64,000 nt of DNA from Selaginella moellendorffii (lineage: Eukaryota; Plantae; Lycopodiophyta). The notes under the pieces were generated by a model. It had not been told where the DNA came from and made no database searches. It was given only the letters and a program-made list of their open reading frames with translations. Made by a program: the position numbers and the translations under genes. The stretch covers positions 1,688,851-1,752,850 of the forward strand of contig NW_003314274.1 of the NCBI RefSeq assembly GCF_000143415.4, written 5' to 3'. This document shows, in pieces, positions 48,620 through 61,323 of this stretch (the stretch's first letter is position 1; each line of letters opens with the position of its first letter).

Positions 48620-49230
48620 ATGGCCGCTCACCAAAACACTGGCTTGATTGTAGGTAGCATTCTGTGCTGAAACTCTACAAAAGCAAAGCAAAAACATAAG
48701 AATCTACAGAGAAGAAACGAAGGCTCTTACCTTACCTCACAGCAACATTCATATGATTTCTATACGAGAGCGCAACAGAAAATGCATGCTAAAGGATCCG
48801 CTAACAAGTGATTCATCCAGTTCAAGCCTGAGTAGCACACAAGGTAAGCAATATGCAAGAAAGACCTGTCCTTCAAGGCAGTGATTTCAGCTTTCAGACC
48901 TTCCTGGATTTGTTTTTACCCACAGAACGTTAAAAGCCAGAAAAAGGAAGATACGAACTTGACGGCCTCCAATTTCGTGAGCCAATTCCCAGACGTGATC
49001 CATCGCTCTTTGTTCCGAGAACTTGTTCAGAGGAGTGTTTCTTGGGAGTGAGCTAAGTAGCCCTCGTGAACACACCGGGAAGCAATCCAAACAAGCCCAA
49101 CGACAAGAAACAAAGCCAGGATCTCAGTAGAAAAGAGGAGCTGCAGCATGGATTTGGAGAGCTCACCATTGCCAGCAACATGGCGATCCTGACTTGGCGG
49201 CCGTCACCGGCGGAGCATTCTGCGAGACAA
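48620..49230 (-). pseudogene. Partial duplicate of the ERMP1 5' region (first exons) with deletions
   Basis: Collinear match to ~46633-47352 ([25 protein letters not shown]; GGATCC..TAACAAGTGATTCATCCAGTTCAAGCCTG), with frameshifting deletions. Confidence 0.9.
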
Positions 49231-50222
49231 GAACCGCAAGTGACACTGACTTGAACGGGTGATGAACAGGTCGAGTACGCGCCTGTGCTGCAAGAAAGGG
49301 GAGCATGGTGCACCTCGTCTCTCGCCGGTCATCTCGCTGTTGGACAGCGCTTGGGTGTGTTCTAGCGTCCAACAACACAAAGGACGAGTGCTTCCGGTGG
49401 CGTAGCTGCATGCGATGGCGTTCTGACTCGAGATATCTGAGCGGAAGGCAAGCACTTTTAGTTTTTTAGTAAAAAAGAGAGTACAATTATCTTATGCAGA
49501 AGTTTTCCAACCTCCACTAACAATCCATGAATCTCCATCACTTCTTGGAGTGGGAGCATTACTCCCAACTCCTTTGAGCAGGAAATTCTGTCAATATGCC
49601 AAGCATATATTTAATAGAATTGTCGGAGTCGATCGGCATTCTTAACAGGAACTTTTTCAAAGTTACCTTTCCATTTTTTCTTGACGTTTCCAAAAAGATT
49701 ACTAATTGCAGAAAATAACCATTCAACTTCCTGTAAATAAATAAATAAAAGTATATAAATAAATAATTTTATTAATTATACATGTAAGAGGTAATTTTGA
49801 TTGTTTTTAAAGAATGTTTTGATTTGGGATTTTGATTTAGATCTAACTTTTGCATTCTCTAAATCTCCTTTTCTTTATAGTTTTTTCAATTTTTTCTCTT
49901 TTGTTTTTGTCATTTTAGTTCATCTTTATAGTAGGGCAACAACTTTCTCCTTCTTTGACTTTAGAGTAACAATTAGTGCAGTTGCTCAATATTATGTAAT
50001 TATAGTTGAGCAATCAAATTTAGTTGATTGTGACATTCATGACGTTATACAACTCCTTCTACTCTTGATACCAATCCTTACATCTAGTTGGAGTTCTTCC
50101 ATGGGAGTCATAGAGATGATATGTACCCTTCATTTGATCATTTTACAATAATTGCCATATATTATTCTTGGGATGATGCTCGGCATTTGTGTGAGTTTTT
50201 TACATGTTTTTAACAAATAGTG

Positions 50223-51871
50223 TGTAAGTGACTAATTTTTCCATTATACTTTACTCACTTAACCACACATTTTACCACTTAAAAAAGTCTCACTCATAAC
50301 CTTTATAAGTCCTATTTTGGACTTGGGGATATGTTAGTCTTGTGAATAACATTTATACCACTAAACCTTTGCACTTGGTCCAAGTGCTCCATGTGTCTGA
50401 TCCCATGATAAATACCCCAAAAGCACCACTAACATCTCAACCCGTTACATTAAAACTATATTTATTTACCTTTGTTTTATTAGTAGTTCAAGACCACCTG
50501 TGCCATAGTCCTATCTCTCAAGACTGAACCCCCCATCTACGAGCGGTCATTCCATGACCACCCTTTAGCATCCTTATAATGCCCAAAGACATAAAAAACA
50601 CCCTTCCCTAATGTCTCTTCCTTGGTCCTCACCAAGTCCCTCTGCATCCCTAATTGTGCTCATCAACATTGCCATTGGGTTAAGGCTTAAAAGCTTGACC
50701 ACTAAGTCCCACTAACCTCTAGAACTTCTTTACTATGTGATCATATCCTTAGTCACTACACAAGAGGATTGCTCATCTTCCTTTCTATAGTTTGGGACTT
50801 CGAGACAATATTTCAAAATACCGTGGCTCTATGCAAGCCTTGTGGGTATTCTCCCCACCTTTCGCCTTTATGTGCTCTAGCCATGTGGCTAGAGCGAGGT
50901 TCTAATAAGTCATACTAGGTATCTAAGTAGGTAGTGCCACCCACACTTAAATTCAATTATTCGATCTCCTGGGGGAGCTAGAGTTGACTCTTGAACACTT
51001 TACCATATTACCCACTTGTCCATCCATGTTCATTCATTCCTCAATGGTTATATCATCACCCATGATATAGGTATTACCTTCTTTAGTCATACTAGCCTTT
51101 CTTGGCTAAATTGGCTCCCCTAGAGTCTTCCCCTCTACTATACTTTTGGAACTCACCAAACCCTTCAAGGTCTAAAATACAATCACTTTAGGCTTTCACC
51201 CTCGAATTCGGACTTGGACTCAAACTCGGACTCGGATTCAATCTCGGTCTTGGTCTTGGTCTCGGTCTTAGTCTCCTCAGCTTGACCTCGGACTCCATCT
51301 TAAGTCCATTTTAGACTCAACCTCGAACTCTATCTCGGATCCATTTCATACTCTATCTGAGGTCTATCTCAGGTCCATCTTGAGTCCATCTTGGATTCAT
51401 TTGGGACTTCATCTCAAGTTCCATCTCAAGTCCATCTCGAGTCCATCTTAGACTTCATCTTAGGTTTCATCTCGAGTCCATCTCAGGTTCCATTTCGGGT
51501 CCATCTTAGGTTCCCTCTTGGGTCCATCTCGAGTTCCATCTCAGGTCCATCTCGAACTCCATCTCAGACTCTATCTTAGACTCCATCTTGAACTCCATCT
51601 TGGGTCCATCTCAAACTCCACCTCGGGCTCTATCTCAAGTCCATCTCAGACTCTATCTTGGGTCTATCTTGAGTCCATCTCGGGTCCATCTTGTGTCCCT
51701 TTTCTAGAGACTTGTTTATTTATCACTTCATTGGGACTTTGACTATTACTCTCAAGTTTTCAAGTTAAAACTTTTAGTTCAAATGTATTATGTTTGTTTG
51801 GCTTCCACTTTGACCACTACATGTGGCACCATTTGGGCTCCACTTTAGGGTTTAGGGATTTGTATCTTACA
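50223..51871. mobile_element. Solo LTR (family C) inserted in gag of A'
   Basis: TGTAAG...CTTACA ends and a perfect TSD TAGTG (50218-50222 and 51872-51876). The gag sequence resumes after it. Confidence 0.88.
51200..51692. repeat. ~11/12-bp tandem minisatellite (GxTCCATCTCxG) inside the solo LTR
   Basis: Dozens of degenerate TCCATCT-cored units. Confidence 0.9.
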
Positions 51872-53048
51872 TAGTGTTGTAATGGTATAATAGTTTGAGT
51901 GTAGCCACTAGTGAGGATTGGAGTATTCTCCTGGACATCTTCAAATGCACATTTGGATATACCAACAATTATGATGATGCCTTCTAATAATTGCATCAAT
52001 TTTATCAAGGGCCATTTGAGTTAGTGATGCAATTTAGCATTCATTTCCGAAGACTCTTGCTTCATATGGAACCAAATATATCAAAGTGGATCAAATTAGG
52101 AATGTTGTGGTTAGCACTTCGTCAAAATCTTGTAGGACTTATGTATGTACTTGTTCCAGCCACCCTTGATAATGTTCTTCATTTGGCACAATGTTATGAA
52201 ATGTCACCTCTTCCATTCTTATAGCACATCCTTTAGCTCCATTTCATGTAAGAGGTGGTCTTGTTCCAATGGAGGTTGATGCTATTGTTGCTCGAGTTTA
52301 TGGACAAAGGTAAAGATGTGGTTGTGGCCGTGATGTCTACTATTGGACGTGTGATGAAGTTAGTTACGCTTATGGGCATTGTCGGTGTTGTTAGCGTTTT
52401 TCAGATTAGCGATCTTCATTTCCAGGGTGGAAACCTTGGTATCAACAACGCTCTATTGGTGCTGCTGTAATGGAAAGTTTGGACGCCAAGATGCTTCTAG
52501 GAAATAATGAGTCACACGAGTAGTAGAGGGTCCTTGCATAAATAAATCAATAACAGGAGTAAGGGTTCATTTGGCACTAGTTCATTTAGTGTTTATTTTT
52601 TAAGCTTGTTTTCATAATAAAAGGTCTTCTATTATTCTTTTCATGTTGGTTGATACAACTTTGAATTTATCTTCTATTGCTCAACCTATTTCTACACATT
52701 GCCATTTATATTTGTGTCATATGGTAGAGGCAATTTTCATTCTTTATGGCAATGACCGTACACATACATATGTACAAGATGAAGTGGACCTAGTTGTGGG
52801 TGTAAGCAATTTCGAGGGTATGGATTGATTGTAGCACAATCAATTGTGACTTTGAAATTTCTCTTTTTTGTCTCATACTTCCTTATATTTGTTCCATTGT
52901 TTTCACCTTTGTTCCTTTTTGTCCCTTTGCTTCTACCTCTGCTTCAATCACTTTTATCTCCCCATTACTTCCTTTTATGTTTTAGTCTTATTCCTCTATT
53001 CTCTCTTTTGATCCTTCTGATGATCTTTATATTAGAGTGGTTGGCTGA

Positions 53049-54160
53049 TGTGAGACAAAAATCCCTAAGTCCTAAAGTGAAGCCAAAAAAGGTGCCATAT
53101 GGTAATGATTGAAACAAAAGTCTAACAAGTATAACATTTTTGGACCAAAAGCTCCAACTTGAGTGGAACTCTAAATGAAGTGCTTGAGGAATGAGCATGA
53201 AGCAATCAATGAATGAATCTCTAAAAAAGGACATAAGAAGGACTAACACATGGCAAGTGTTGTGATACATAGAAGTGTTAGGAATGAGTCCAAAATAGAG
53301 TTCGAGAAGGAGTTCAAGATGGAGTTCAAGAAGGAGTTTGCGATGGAGTCCAATATAGAGTTCAAGATGGACTCGAGATGGAGTCCGAGATGGATCTAAG
53401 ATCTTCGGAGTCTAAGATGAACTTGAGATGGAGTCTGAGATGGACCTGAGATGGAGTCTGAGATGGACCTGAGATGGAGTCTGAGATGGACCTGAGATGG
53501 AGTCTGAGATGGACCCAAGATGGAGTTCGAGTTCAAGTTTGAGATGGATCTAAGATGGAGTTTAAGGTCGAGACCTGTAGTGCATGTGATCATGGGATGA
53601 GATTTGGATATACTGTCACCGTGGATCCTTGGAACCTTGGGGGATAAATGGGGATAAAATAGCCACTAAGGACTCTCTTATCAAGCAATTGCCCCTTTTC
53701 CAGTTGGCTTAAAGGGAGAGAAATAAGGTGTGTTATAGTTGATATCGGAGCAAATAACATGGGTTCGATTCCCATTGATTAGTGGTTACTTAAAAATATA
53801 ATATACCCTTGAGCAAGGTATATTTCTACCCCTAAATTTGAATTTGAAATCATTTGAAATCAATGGAAGGATTGGTAGATTCAGTGCGAAGATGGAGTTC
53901 GAGATGGACCCAAAATGGAGCATTTGTCTCCCAAACCCTAGGACCCTACGCTGATATATCGGTAGTACCTTTGGGTGTCGGTTATGGAATTGGACATATG
54001 GAGCATTTGGACTAAGTGCAAAGGCTATAGATGCTATTTATGGGGCTAATAAGTCCTTAAGTTCGAAATAAAACTTTTGGAGGTTGTGAGTAAAATTCCT
54101 TCAAATGGTCAAAAGTGTGGTTAAGTGACTAAAGTAGAAAGGAAAATTTAGTTGCTTATA
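53049..54160. mobile_element. Solo LTR (family C), opposite orientation, inserted between PR and RT of A'
   Basis: Both ends are reverse-complement homologs of 50223-51871. Degraded TSD GCTGA/ACTAA. GAGATGGAGTCT/GAGATGGACCT array at 53296-53575. Confidence 0.85.
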
Positions 54161-56550
54161 ACTAACTCATGAAGGAGTATAACAATCTCTTTGAATTTGA
54201 TTTATTATCTAGCTAAGATTGCAATATGTCATTCTATTCCAATTGGGGATGCTCATCCAATTAAGGTTTTTGTTTGTTGTCAGTCACTAAAAGAGATTAA
54301 GATTTTATGTGCAAACTTCAAGGGGATGTTGGAAAAGGGTGTTATTTGAAAGTCGTGGAGTCTTTGGGTGTGTGAACCTCATCCTTTGATGAAACCTGAT
54401 GGGAGTATTTGTTTTTATATTGATTATTATTTATTAAATAAAGTGACAATCCCAGATGTGTACCCTCTTCCTCACATTGCTAATATTTTATATCGTTTGG
54501 AAAGAAGTTGTTAATTCACCAAGTTAAATTTTACCTCTAGGTATTGACAAGTGTTGATGGGTAAAAAGGATATTCTTAAAATTGCTTTTTGTACACCATT
54601 TGTTTTATATAAGTTTTTGGTGATGTCGTTTGGTTTAAACAATGTTTTAGCAACTTTCCAATGGATGATGAATAAGGTTTTTTATGATATGCTAAAAATG
54701 ACTGTTGATCTCATTGATGATGGTTTGATCCACTTGGAGGGGATGTGGGAGGAACACATCCATGATGTTTGTAAAGTGTTGGATAGGCTATGGGAAGTTG
54801 TTTAAAGCTGAAGTGGTCAAAGTGCGTATTTGGGTCCAAGGATACGACTTATCTTTTGTATTGTATTTCTTGTGAGGGTTTGCAAGTTGATCCTAAAAAA
54901 CTTATGGCTATTTTTAAGTTCCCTACTCCAAAGTGTGTGAATGATATATAGACCTTCTTAGGGGGGTGTAATATCTTAGTCATTTTGTTGATCATCTTTC
55001 TAATCATACTACACTGTTGTAAACTTTATTAAAGTTATGAATATTATTTTTCATCTATTCTATGGATTGTGAGCTAGCGTTTATAGATCTCAAAGAGTTA
55101 TTGACGACTCCTTCAATTTTGGCATATTCTGATTACACTCAACTTTTCATTTTGCACGTGGATGTTTCTAATATTAGTCTTAGAAGTATGTTGATGCAAG
55201 AGAGTTTAAATATGTCTGGTTAACACCATCCCATTGCATATATCAGTCATACATTATAACCATGTATAAAGTTTCTTGAAACCCTAAATTTTTGCTAAAC
55301 ACTTTTTTGTTGTAAAGTAGTTCACCTTTGCTATGTATATGGTTCTTGGATATTACTAGAAAGTGATCATACTGTAGTTACTTCATTATTAAAGTGAAAT
55401 AACTTAGTTAGTCGTACTACTCAGTGGATTTTGAAACTTCAAATATAGGATTTTGGTGTTGTTTATTGCTCAGGGAGTTCTATGGCTGATGTTAATACCC
55501 TTTTTCAAGCTCTTCTTCCTTTTTCACTATCTTTTCATATTTTTAATGAGTTTATTATTCCAGAATTTATGGATTTTTTGGATAAGGATTCCCTGCCAGC
55601 AATGATTATTGTATTTGACATTTAATGTCTATAAGGTGTAAAGAAAGATTTACCTTCTCTTGACGAGGTTCATAAGGCTCAAAAGATTGAGTAGTGGATT
55701 CAAAAGCTTTGCGATGGGTTTAAGAATCTTGCATTATTTGTTTATAACTTACTATTTTGGCATTTACATTCTTAATATCACCTTAAGGACAATTTTCCTT
55801 ATTTTGTAGGGATGGATTTTGATAATCATTTATTGTTGATAGTACCTTTAATCACGATTCCACATCTTCTCCATGCCTATCATGATTTTTCCTATTCTAG
55901 GGGGGCATATAAGCATTGTCGTGTGACCAAAAAGCTATGTAAGTCTTTCTATTGGCTAAAGATGCGACGTGATATTATTTAATATATATATAGCTGCGTT
56001 TGGTACCAAACTCGTAATACTACCTCTTGTGCTAAGGAAGGATAGTTAGAGTCAATTACAATTTTCTGTCTATTTGAATTGGTAGCATTTGATCTTATAA
56101 GGCATTTTTCATGGTTGACTGTTGGCAATGAATTTATCATTATTGTTTTTGACTACTTGACTTGTTAGGTGGAAGTTGGTGCTCTTACTAGTGCCTCTAC
56201 AACTACTGTTAAATACTTCTTCTTCAATCGAGTTTTGTTCAAGCAATCCTATCTAGAGCAAATTCTTTTGGATAATAATCCTGCATTTATGGTTGAGGCA
56301 TTTCACATTTTAACATCTTGGTTGGGGATACATGACACTTTTACCAATACTTTTCATCCACAGTTAAATGATTTGGTGGAATGGCTCATTTAGAACTTCA
56401 AAAAGACGATTGCAAAGTAGTGAACTTTTAGTATTCGGATTGGGATGGTTATTTGTTGCCACTTTAGTATGCATATATCACAGAGGTGCAAAGTTCTGTT
56501 GATACTTCACCATATAAACTCTTATATGATCATGATTCAATACTACTAAC

Positions 56551-58225
56551 TATAAGGAACCAACTCTTCGAAGAGTTGTAGGCTAAAGGATCCTCGAAAG
56601 CACAATTGAAATGATAAAGAGTTTATTGGATGGGATTGAGTCTGAGATCAAGTCCAAGACTGACTTTGAGATTGAGTTTCAGATAGAGTCCGGGATCGAG
56701 TCCGAGGCCAACTCCGAGACCGAGTTCGAGACCAAGTTTGGGACCAAGTTTGAGATAGAGTTTGAGATCCGAGATCGGGTTCGAGACCGAGTCCAAGGTT
56801 GAGTTTGAGGTTGAGTCCGAGATCAAGTCTAAGGTCAAGTCCGAGACCGAGTCCAAGGTTGGGTCCGAGATCGAGTTCGGGACCGAGTTCGAGTACTAAT
56901 ACAGGTTGAGTGGTGAAACCCAAAGCGTGTGTCTTCTAGGGGGAGGGGGCTGCAGGGGGTTTCAAAAGTATAGTAGGGATAATGAGGTCTAGGAACTAGT
57001 CTTGAAGGAACTCTCTAGTGGTGCTTCCAAACTGACTTGAGGTTGACACTGGGGCTGAGGGGCCTTGGGTGGGAGTGAGCATGGACTTGGATGGTGTCGG
57101 AAGGGCCACCCCAGGAAGTGCTCAAAAGCAGCTCCCACTCCTGGAAGGGAAATCGACTGCAATGCTCTCGACTTATGTGGAGTGGTGCCCCACTTGAGTA
57201 CCATGTGGCTCATTAGTCCTCGCCTTGCCTAGGGGCTTAGGCCTTTTCTTTGGGATGGAAGTGGGGGAGTAGGGGTACCCATATCGGGCTGTTAGGCCAT
57301 GGTGTTTCCCCCCCCGCGTCCTAGAGCAAGTGTTGCACACAAGGCTTGGGATTTAAAGGGTCCTATGATCAAGTCTTGTGGTACCAAGGGGATGTTAGGA
57401 ATTTGGAGGCTTGGTGTGCTTGGCTGTTTGTGCCTATAGAGAGTGTAGCCGAACCTTAAGTCTAGTCTAACCCGAGGAGGGGCATTGGGAGAGATTTGGG
57501 AATTCGTGGATGGATAGCTAATGCTCCATTGCTCATGTAGTGAGTAGCTGAAACCAAGTAGGAGCTAGTACCATAGGCGGGAACCTTGGTAAGGGAACTT
57601 AGCTAAATCCAAGGAAGTGTTGGTCGGATAGACGAAGTAAGCTGGCAAATTGGAAAGGAAAAATTTGTGGCTTACAATTTGGTATCGGAGCTTTTTCCTC
57701 AATTCTAGCAAAGGATAGAGGCAGATTGCTAGGAGATGGCAAAGGTAGGGCATAAACAAACTAAGGCAGAAACAAAACCTCCTCCAAAGCTGGAGCCTCT
57801 AGGCAAACAAAAGGCTATGGATGAGGAATCCTTGCATAAGGAGGACTCTGATGAGAAAACTTCCAAATAGGAGTCTAATGGTGAAGTTTGGACATCCAAG
57901 GCTCAATTGGATATTCTAGAAGGACAATTGGCATAGACCAATGCCCTACTAAAGACTTTCGTATGCAAGTTAAAGCGTGACAAGAAGCGGAAGAAAAAGC
58001 AAAAGACTGCAAATACTGGCAGCGCAGAAGGTGCGGAACCTTCGGCAAGGACTGAGGCAGAACCAAACAAGGTCGAACAAACTGAAGTGGAATCAATCCC
58101 TCAAGTAGTTCCCAAGTACAAACCAAAGCCCCCACCAATCTTCAAGGGAGTGAATGATTATAAGGTGGTGGAGGATTAATTTTACGATATGAAGGATTAT
58201 TTTTTAGTGTTGCGGTTACCGAGCT
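56551..58225 (+). mobile_element. Truncated LTR retrotransposon D (5' LTR 56551-57676, iMet PBS, gag fragment) inserted in the integrase of A'
   Basis: LTR ends CTTACA, then TGGTATCGGAGC at 57680-57691. Gag-like KPKPPPIFKGVNDYKVVED*F. 12-mer GAGTCCGAGATC array at 56632-56893. Confidence 0.8.
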
Positions 58226-58439
58226 CGGAGGAGCTTGTTCATCATTCCAAAAGGAGGGGATGATGAGGTTGAAATATACAAGTACAATATTGTATATTAA
58301 TATTAGTGTAATAGGATTTTAATATTCGTTGGATTGGTTTTAATTCAAACCACTCACTCTTGTATATAAGCTAGGGTTTTCGGGCTAATTGATATGCATA
58401 TTTCTGTATTCCATTTCCATATTCTATGCACTCACAATA

Positions 58440-60134
58440 CCTAAAGAATTCTAGTTATAAAAATAATCTCCAATGAGATAACCACTAGAAGAATATCCTC
58501 CCATGTAAAATCTTGAATTAACAAGACTTATCTTGGAAAATTCATAATGTCTACCAATGTAGCCAACATAAATCATCTCTAAAAATCTAACAAAGTGAAT
58601 CAAATCTCCAACTTCTAGATTCCCAATTTCAAGTAGTATTGCTCCTGTGGATGCATTGTCTTCTTCACCCAAGTAAAAAAATGCTATATTTAAATTTGGA
58701 TCATCTATAAAAAACAAGAAATAATTAGGTTCATCAATTTTTGAAATCACAAACTAACCAAAGATAATGGTAACTATAAAAGCTTTAGGATTCTCTCCAG
58801 AAAAATATACTACATACATTCTATTTTATAGTTGTTTCTCTTCATGATACTTGATTTCTTCGTCCTCTTCATACTCCTCCTCTTCTTCTCCTTCTTTTTC
58901 TCCTTCTCCACCTTAGAAACAATGTAAAATAGTGACATTTAGTGTGTCTCCTATTCAGACACAGGTCCCTTTGCACACAAATTTGGTTTCATGGTCTTGT
59001 TCCAAAACAAGATCATTCATCTCAAGCTGTTTAAAAAAAAAATTGTCTACCCAAATAATCTTTTTAACAAGCTTTTTCATTTCTTTTAGGAGTGGATCAA
59101 CTAAAGTATCATCCTGTTACACCCTAACCCTTGCCTTTGTCCTTGGTTTTGATTTTAATCCTTTCAAGAGCTTTTTCTTTTCTTGTTTTTTGTTGGTCAA
59201 TGAACTCTTTCTTTGTTGCTATTACTGCTTGCTTTTGCCTTTTGGCTTTTCTACCTTTGGAGTCGGCTCTTTCTCTAGCTTAGTCTGCTTGAGTTCTTGC
59301 CTCTTCACCTTGATATTTCTTTGCCTAGGCTCATGAATTTCCCCCTTACTTTTAAGCTTATCAAGTTTCTCTAACTCCCCCTCGCTTTTGCTTTCCCCTT
59401 TACTCTTTCTTTGCCTCAAATCCTCATTTTCCTGAGCCTTGATCTTGCTTACCTTTGGCTCTAGCTCCCCCTCACTTTCACTTTCCTCCAGCTCCCCCTA
59501 CTTTGACACCTTAAATTTACTTTACTAATCAAGCTCTTTATTTTCTTATTCCTTAATTAGCTCCTCGCTTTATTCTAGTTTTACCTCTTCTTGAAGTTCC
59601 TTGCTTCTCTGCATACCCAACTCCCCCTCCTTTTCCCTGTCCTTTAACTTCCCTTCACTATGGTTAAACTCCCCCTTTGCCTTGCATTTGCTTTGTTGAT
59701 CAAGCTTGTTTTCCGACTGCTTCCCTAACTTCTCCCTTGCGCTTTGCCTGAAGCTTTGTGTTTTTTTGTTACTTGTTAAAACTCCCCTCCAACTCCTTCT
59801 TTTTCCCCTCCTTGTTTTACTTCTACTATCAATTTTATTGCTGATTTACTCTCTGGCTTTATGAGCTACTAGCATCTTTTCTTGCTTTTGGTCACTGACT
59901 AAAATCTAGACCCCTATACTTGTAGGGATTCTCTACTATTCATGAAGATATTTTCATCTCTATTTTTAAAACTAGAACCCCTCTTTAACTTAGTTTTACG
60001 TATCTAGAGGGAAATACTGCCCAAAAATAGCTCATTTAGAATTGTCACCAAATTTTTTAACTTAGTGACTTTCATTAGCATTTTTAGTGCATGTACCACA
60101 ATTCATTATTGTAAGGTAAGGCTGCACATGATAG
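58440..60134 (-). mobile_element. Degenerate retroelement-like or low-complexity Lys/Glu-rich sequence
   Basis: Strong strand purine bias and repeated AAGGGGGAG (KGE) units with broken frames. The family could not be identified. Confidence 0.35.
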
Positions 60135-61323
60135 NNNNNNNNNNNNNNNNNNNNNNNNNNNNNNNNNNNNNNNNNNNNNNNNNNNNNNNNNNNNNNNNNN
60201 NNNNNNNNNNNNNNNNNNNNNNNNNNNNNNNNNNNNNNNNNNNNNNNNNNNNNNNNNNNNNNNNNNNNNNNNNNNNNNNNNNNNNNNNNNNNNNNNNNNN
60301 NNNNNNNNNNNNNNNNNNNNNNNNNNNNNNNNNNNNNNNNNNNNNNNNNNNNNNNNNNNNNNNNNNNNNNNNNNNNNNNNNNNNNNNNNNNNNNNNNNNN
60401 NNNNNNNNNNNNNNNNNNNNNNNNNNNNNNNNNNNNNNNNNNNNNNNNNNNNNNNNNNNNNNNNNNNNNNNNNNNNNNNNNNNNNNNNNNNNNNNNNNNN
60501 NNNNNNNNNNNNNNNNNNNNNNNNNNNNNNNNNNNNNNNNNNNNNNNNNNNNNNNNNNNNNNNNNNNNNNNNNNNNNNNNNNGGGCAAAATTTTTTTTTT
60601 TTTTTCCAAACCTTTTTTTGGAACTTTTTTCCCCCCCCCCCCGGCAAAAAGGGGGGAAAAGGGGGGTTTTCCCCCCCCCCCCCCCCCCCCCCCCCCTTAG
60701 CCCTTTTAGCCTTCCCAAAGGGGGGGGGGATTCCTTTTTGCCCCACTTCCCTTTTCCCCTTAACCCAGGGGCACTTCCCCCTTCCCCTTTGCCCCCTTTT
60801 AAAACTTTGGGCCCTCTTAGGGGGGGGAGGGGGGTTGCCCCCACCCCCCCCCCCCCCCCCCCCCTCTTGCCCCCCACCCTTGCCCATCCCTCCCCCCGAA
60901 ATTTAATCCAAATTTAATGTTGAATTTTTATGAATAACCAACTATTTTTTAGATAATGTAGTTATGAATATCATATTCTTTGAGCTCTTTTAAAGAAGTA
61001 AATATTAGAGGGATTGAGATTTCCAATCTTAAAATTTGAGATTATGTTAAGTGTATAAACTTTTTGGAGATGGGCATAAGAAATAATTTTCCATTCTTGA
61101 TAATATTCTTTGTTGATACTAAATTTTATGTTGTTAGATAAATGGCCTAGAACCTTTATCTAGGTGACTATTTCTATCAAAGTAACATATCAAATTATAT
61201 TTTAGACTCTTTTATATTCATATATGATACGTGGGATTGAGTTTTGTGCTCAAGAAAATTAAAAATTTTAAAGTAAAGTGATGGGGTGAAGAAAGGGTAG
61301 GGGGCAAAGAATTATTATATCTA

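Larger units (their letters stand above)
49784..58436 (+). mobile_element. Ty3/gypsy element A' (older sister copy of element A), 5' LTR missing, carrying three nested LTR insertions
   Basis: Homologous to element A from the PBS region through gag, PR, RT/RNaseH (54170-55600) and integrase (to 56550). PPT AAAAGGAGGGGA and 3' LTR at 58264-58436. Heavy C>T/G>A decay. Confidence 0.9.

Noticed and set aside
53759-53775. Intact tRNA gene
   Set aside because: Only a T-arm-like hairpin and a weak A-box are present, and no acceptor or anticodon stems could be built. It is kept only as a low-confidence finding.
51391-56923. Short repetitive ORFs (SISGPSQT-, LELGL-type)
   Set aside because: Translations of 11/12-bp LTR minisatellites, not genes.
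60582-60900. G/C homopolymer-rich segment, Gly/Pro-rich ORFs and G-quadruplex potential
   Set aside because: It sits directly beside an N-gap and looks like low-quality read-end sequence.
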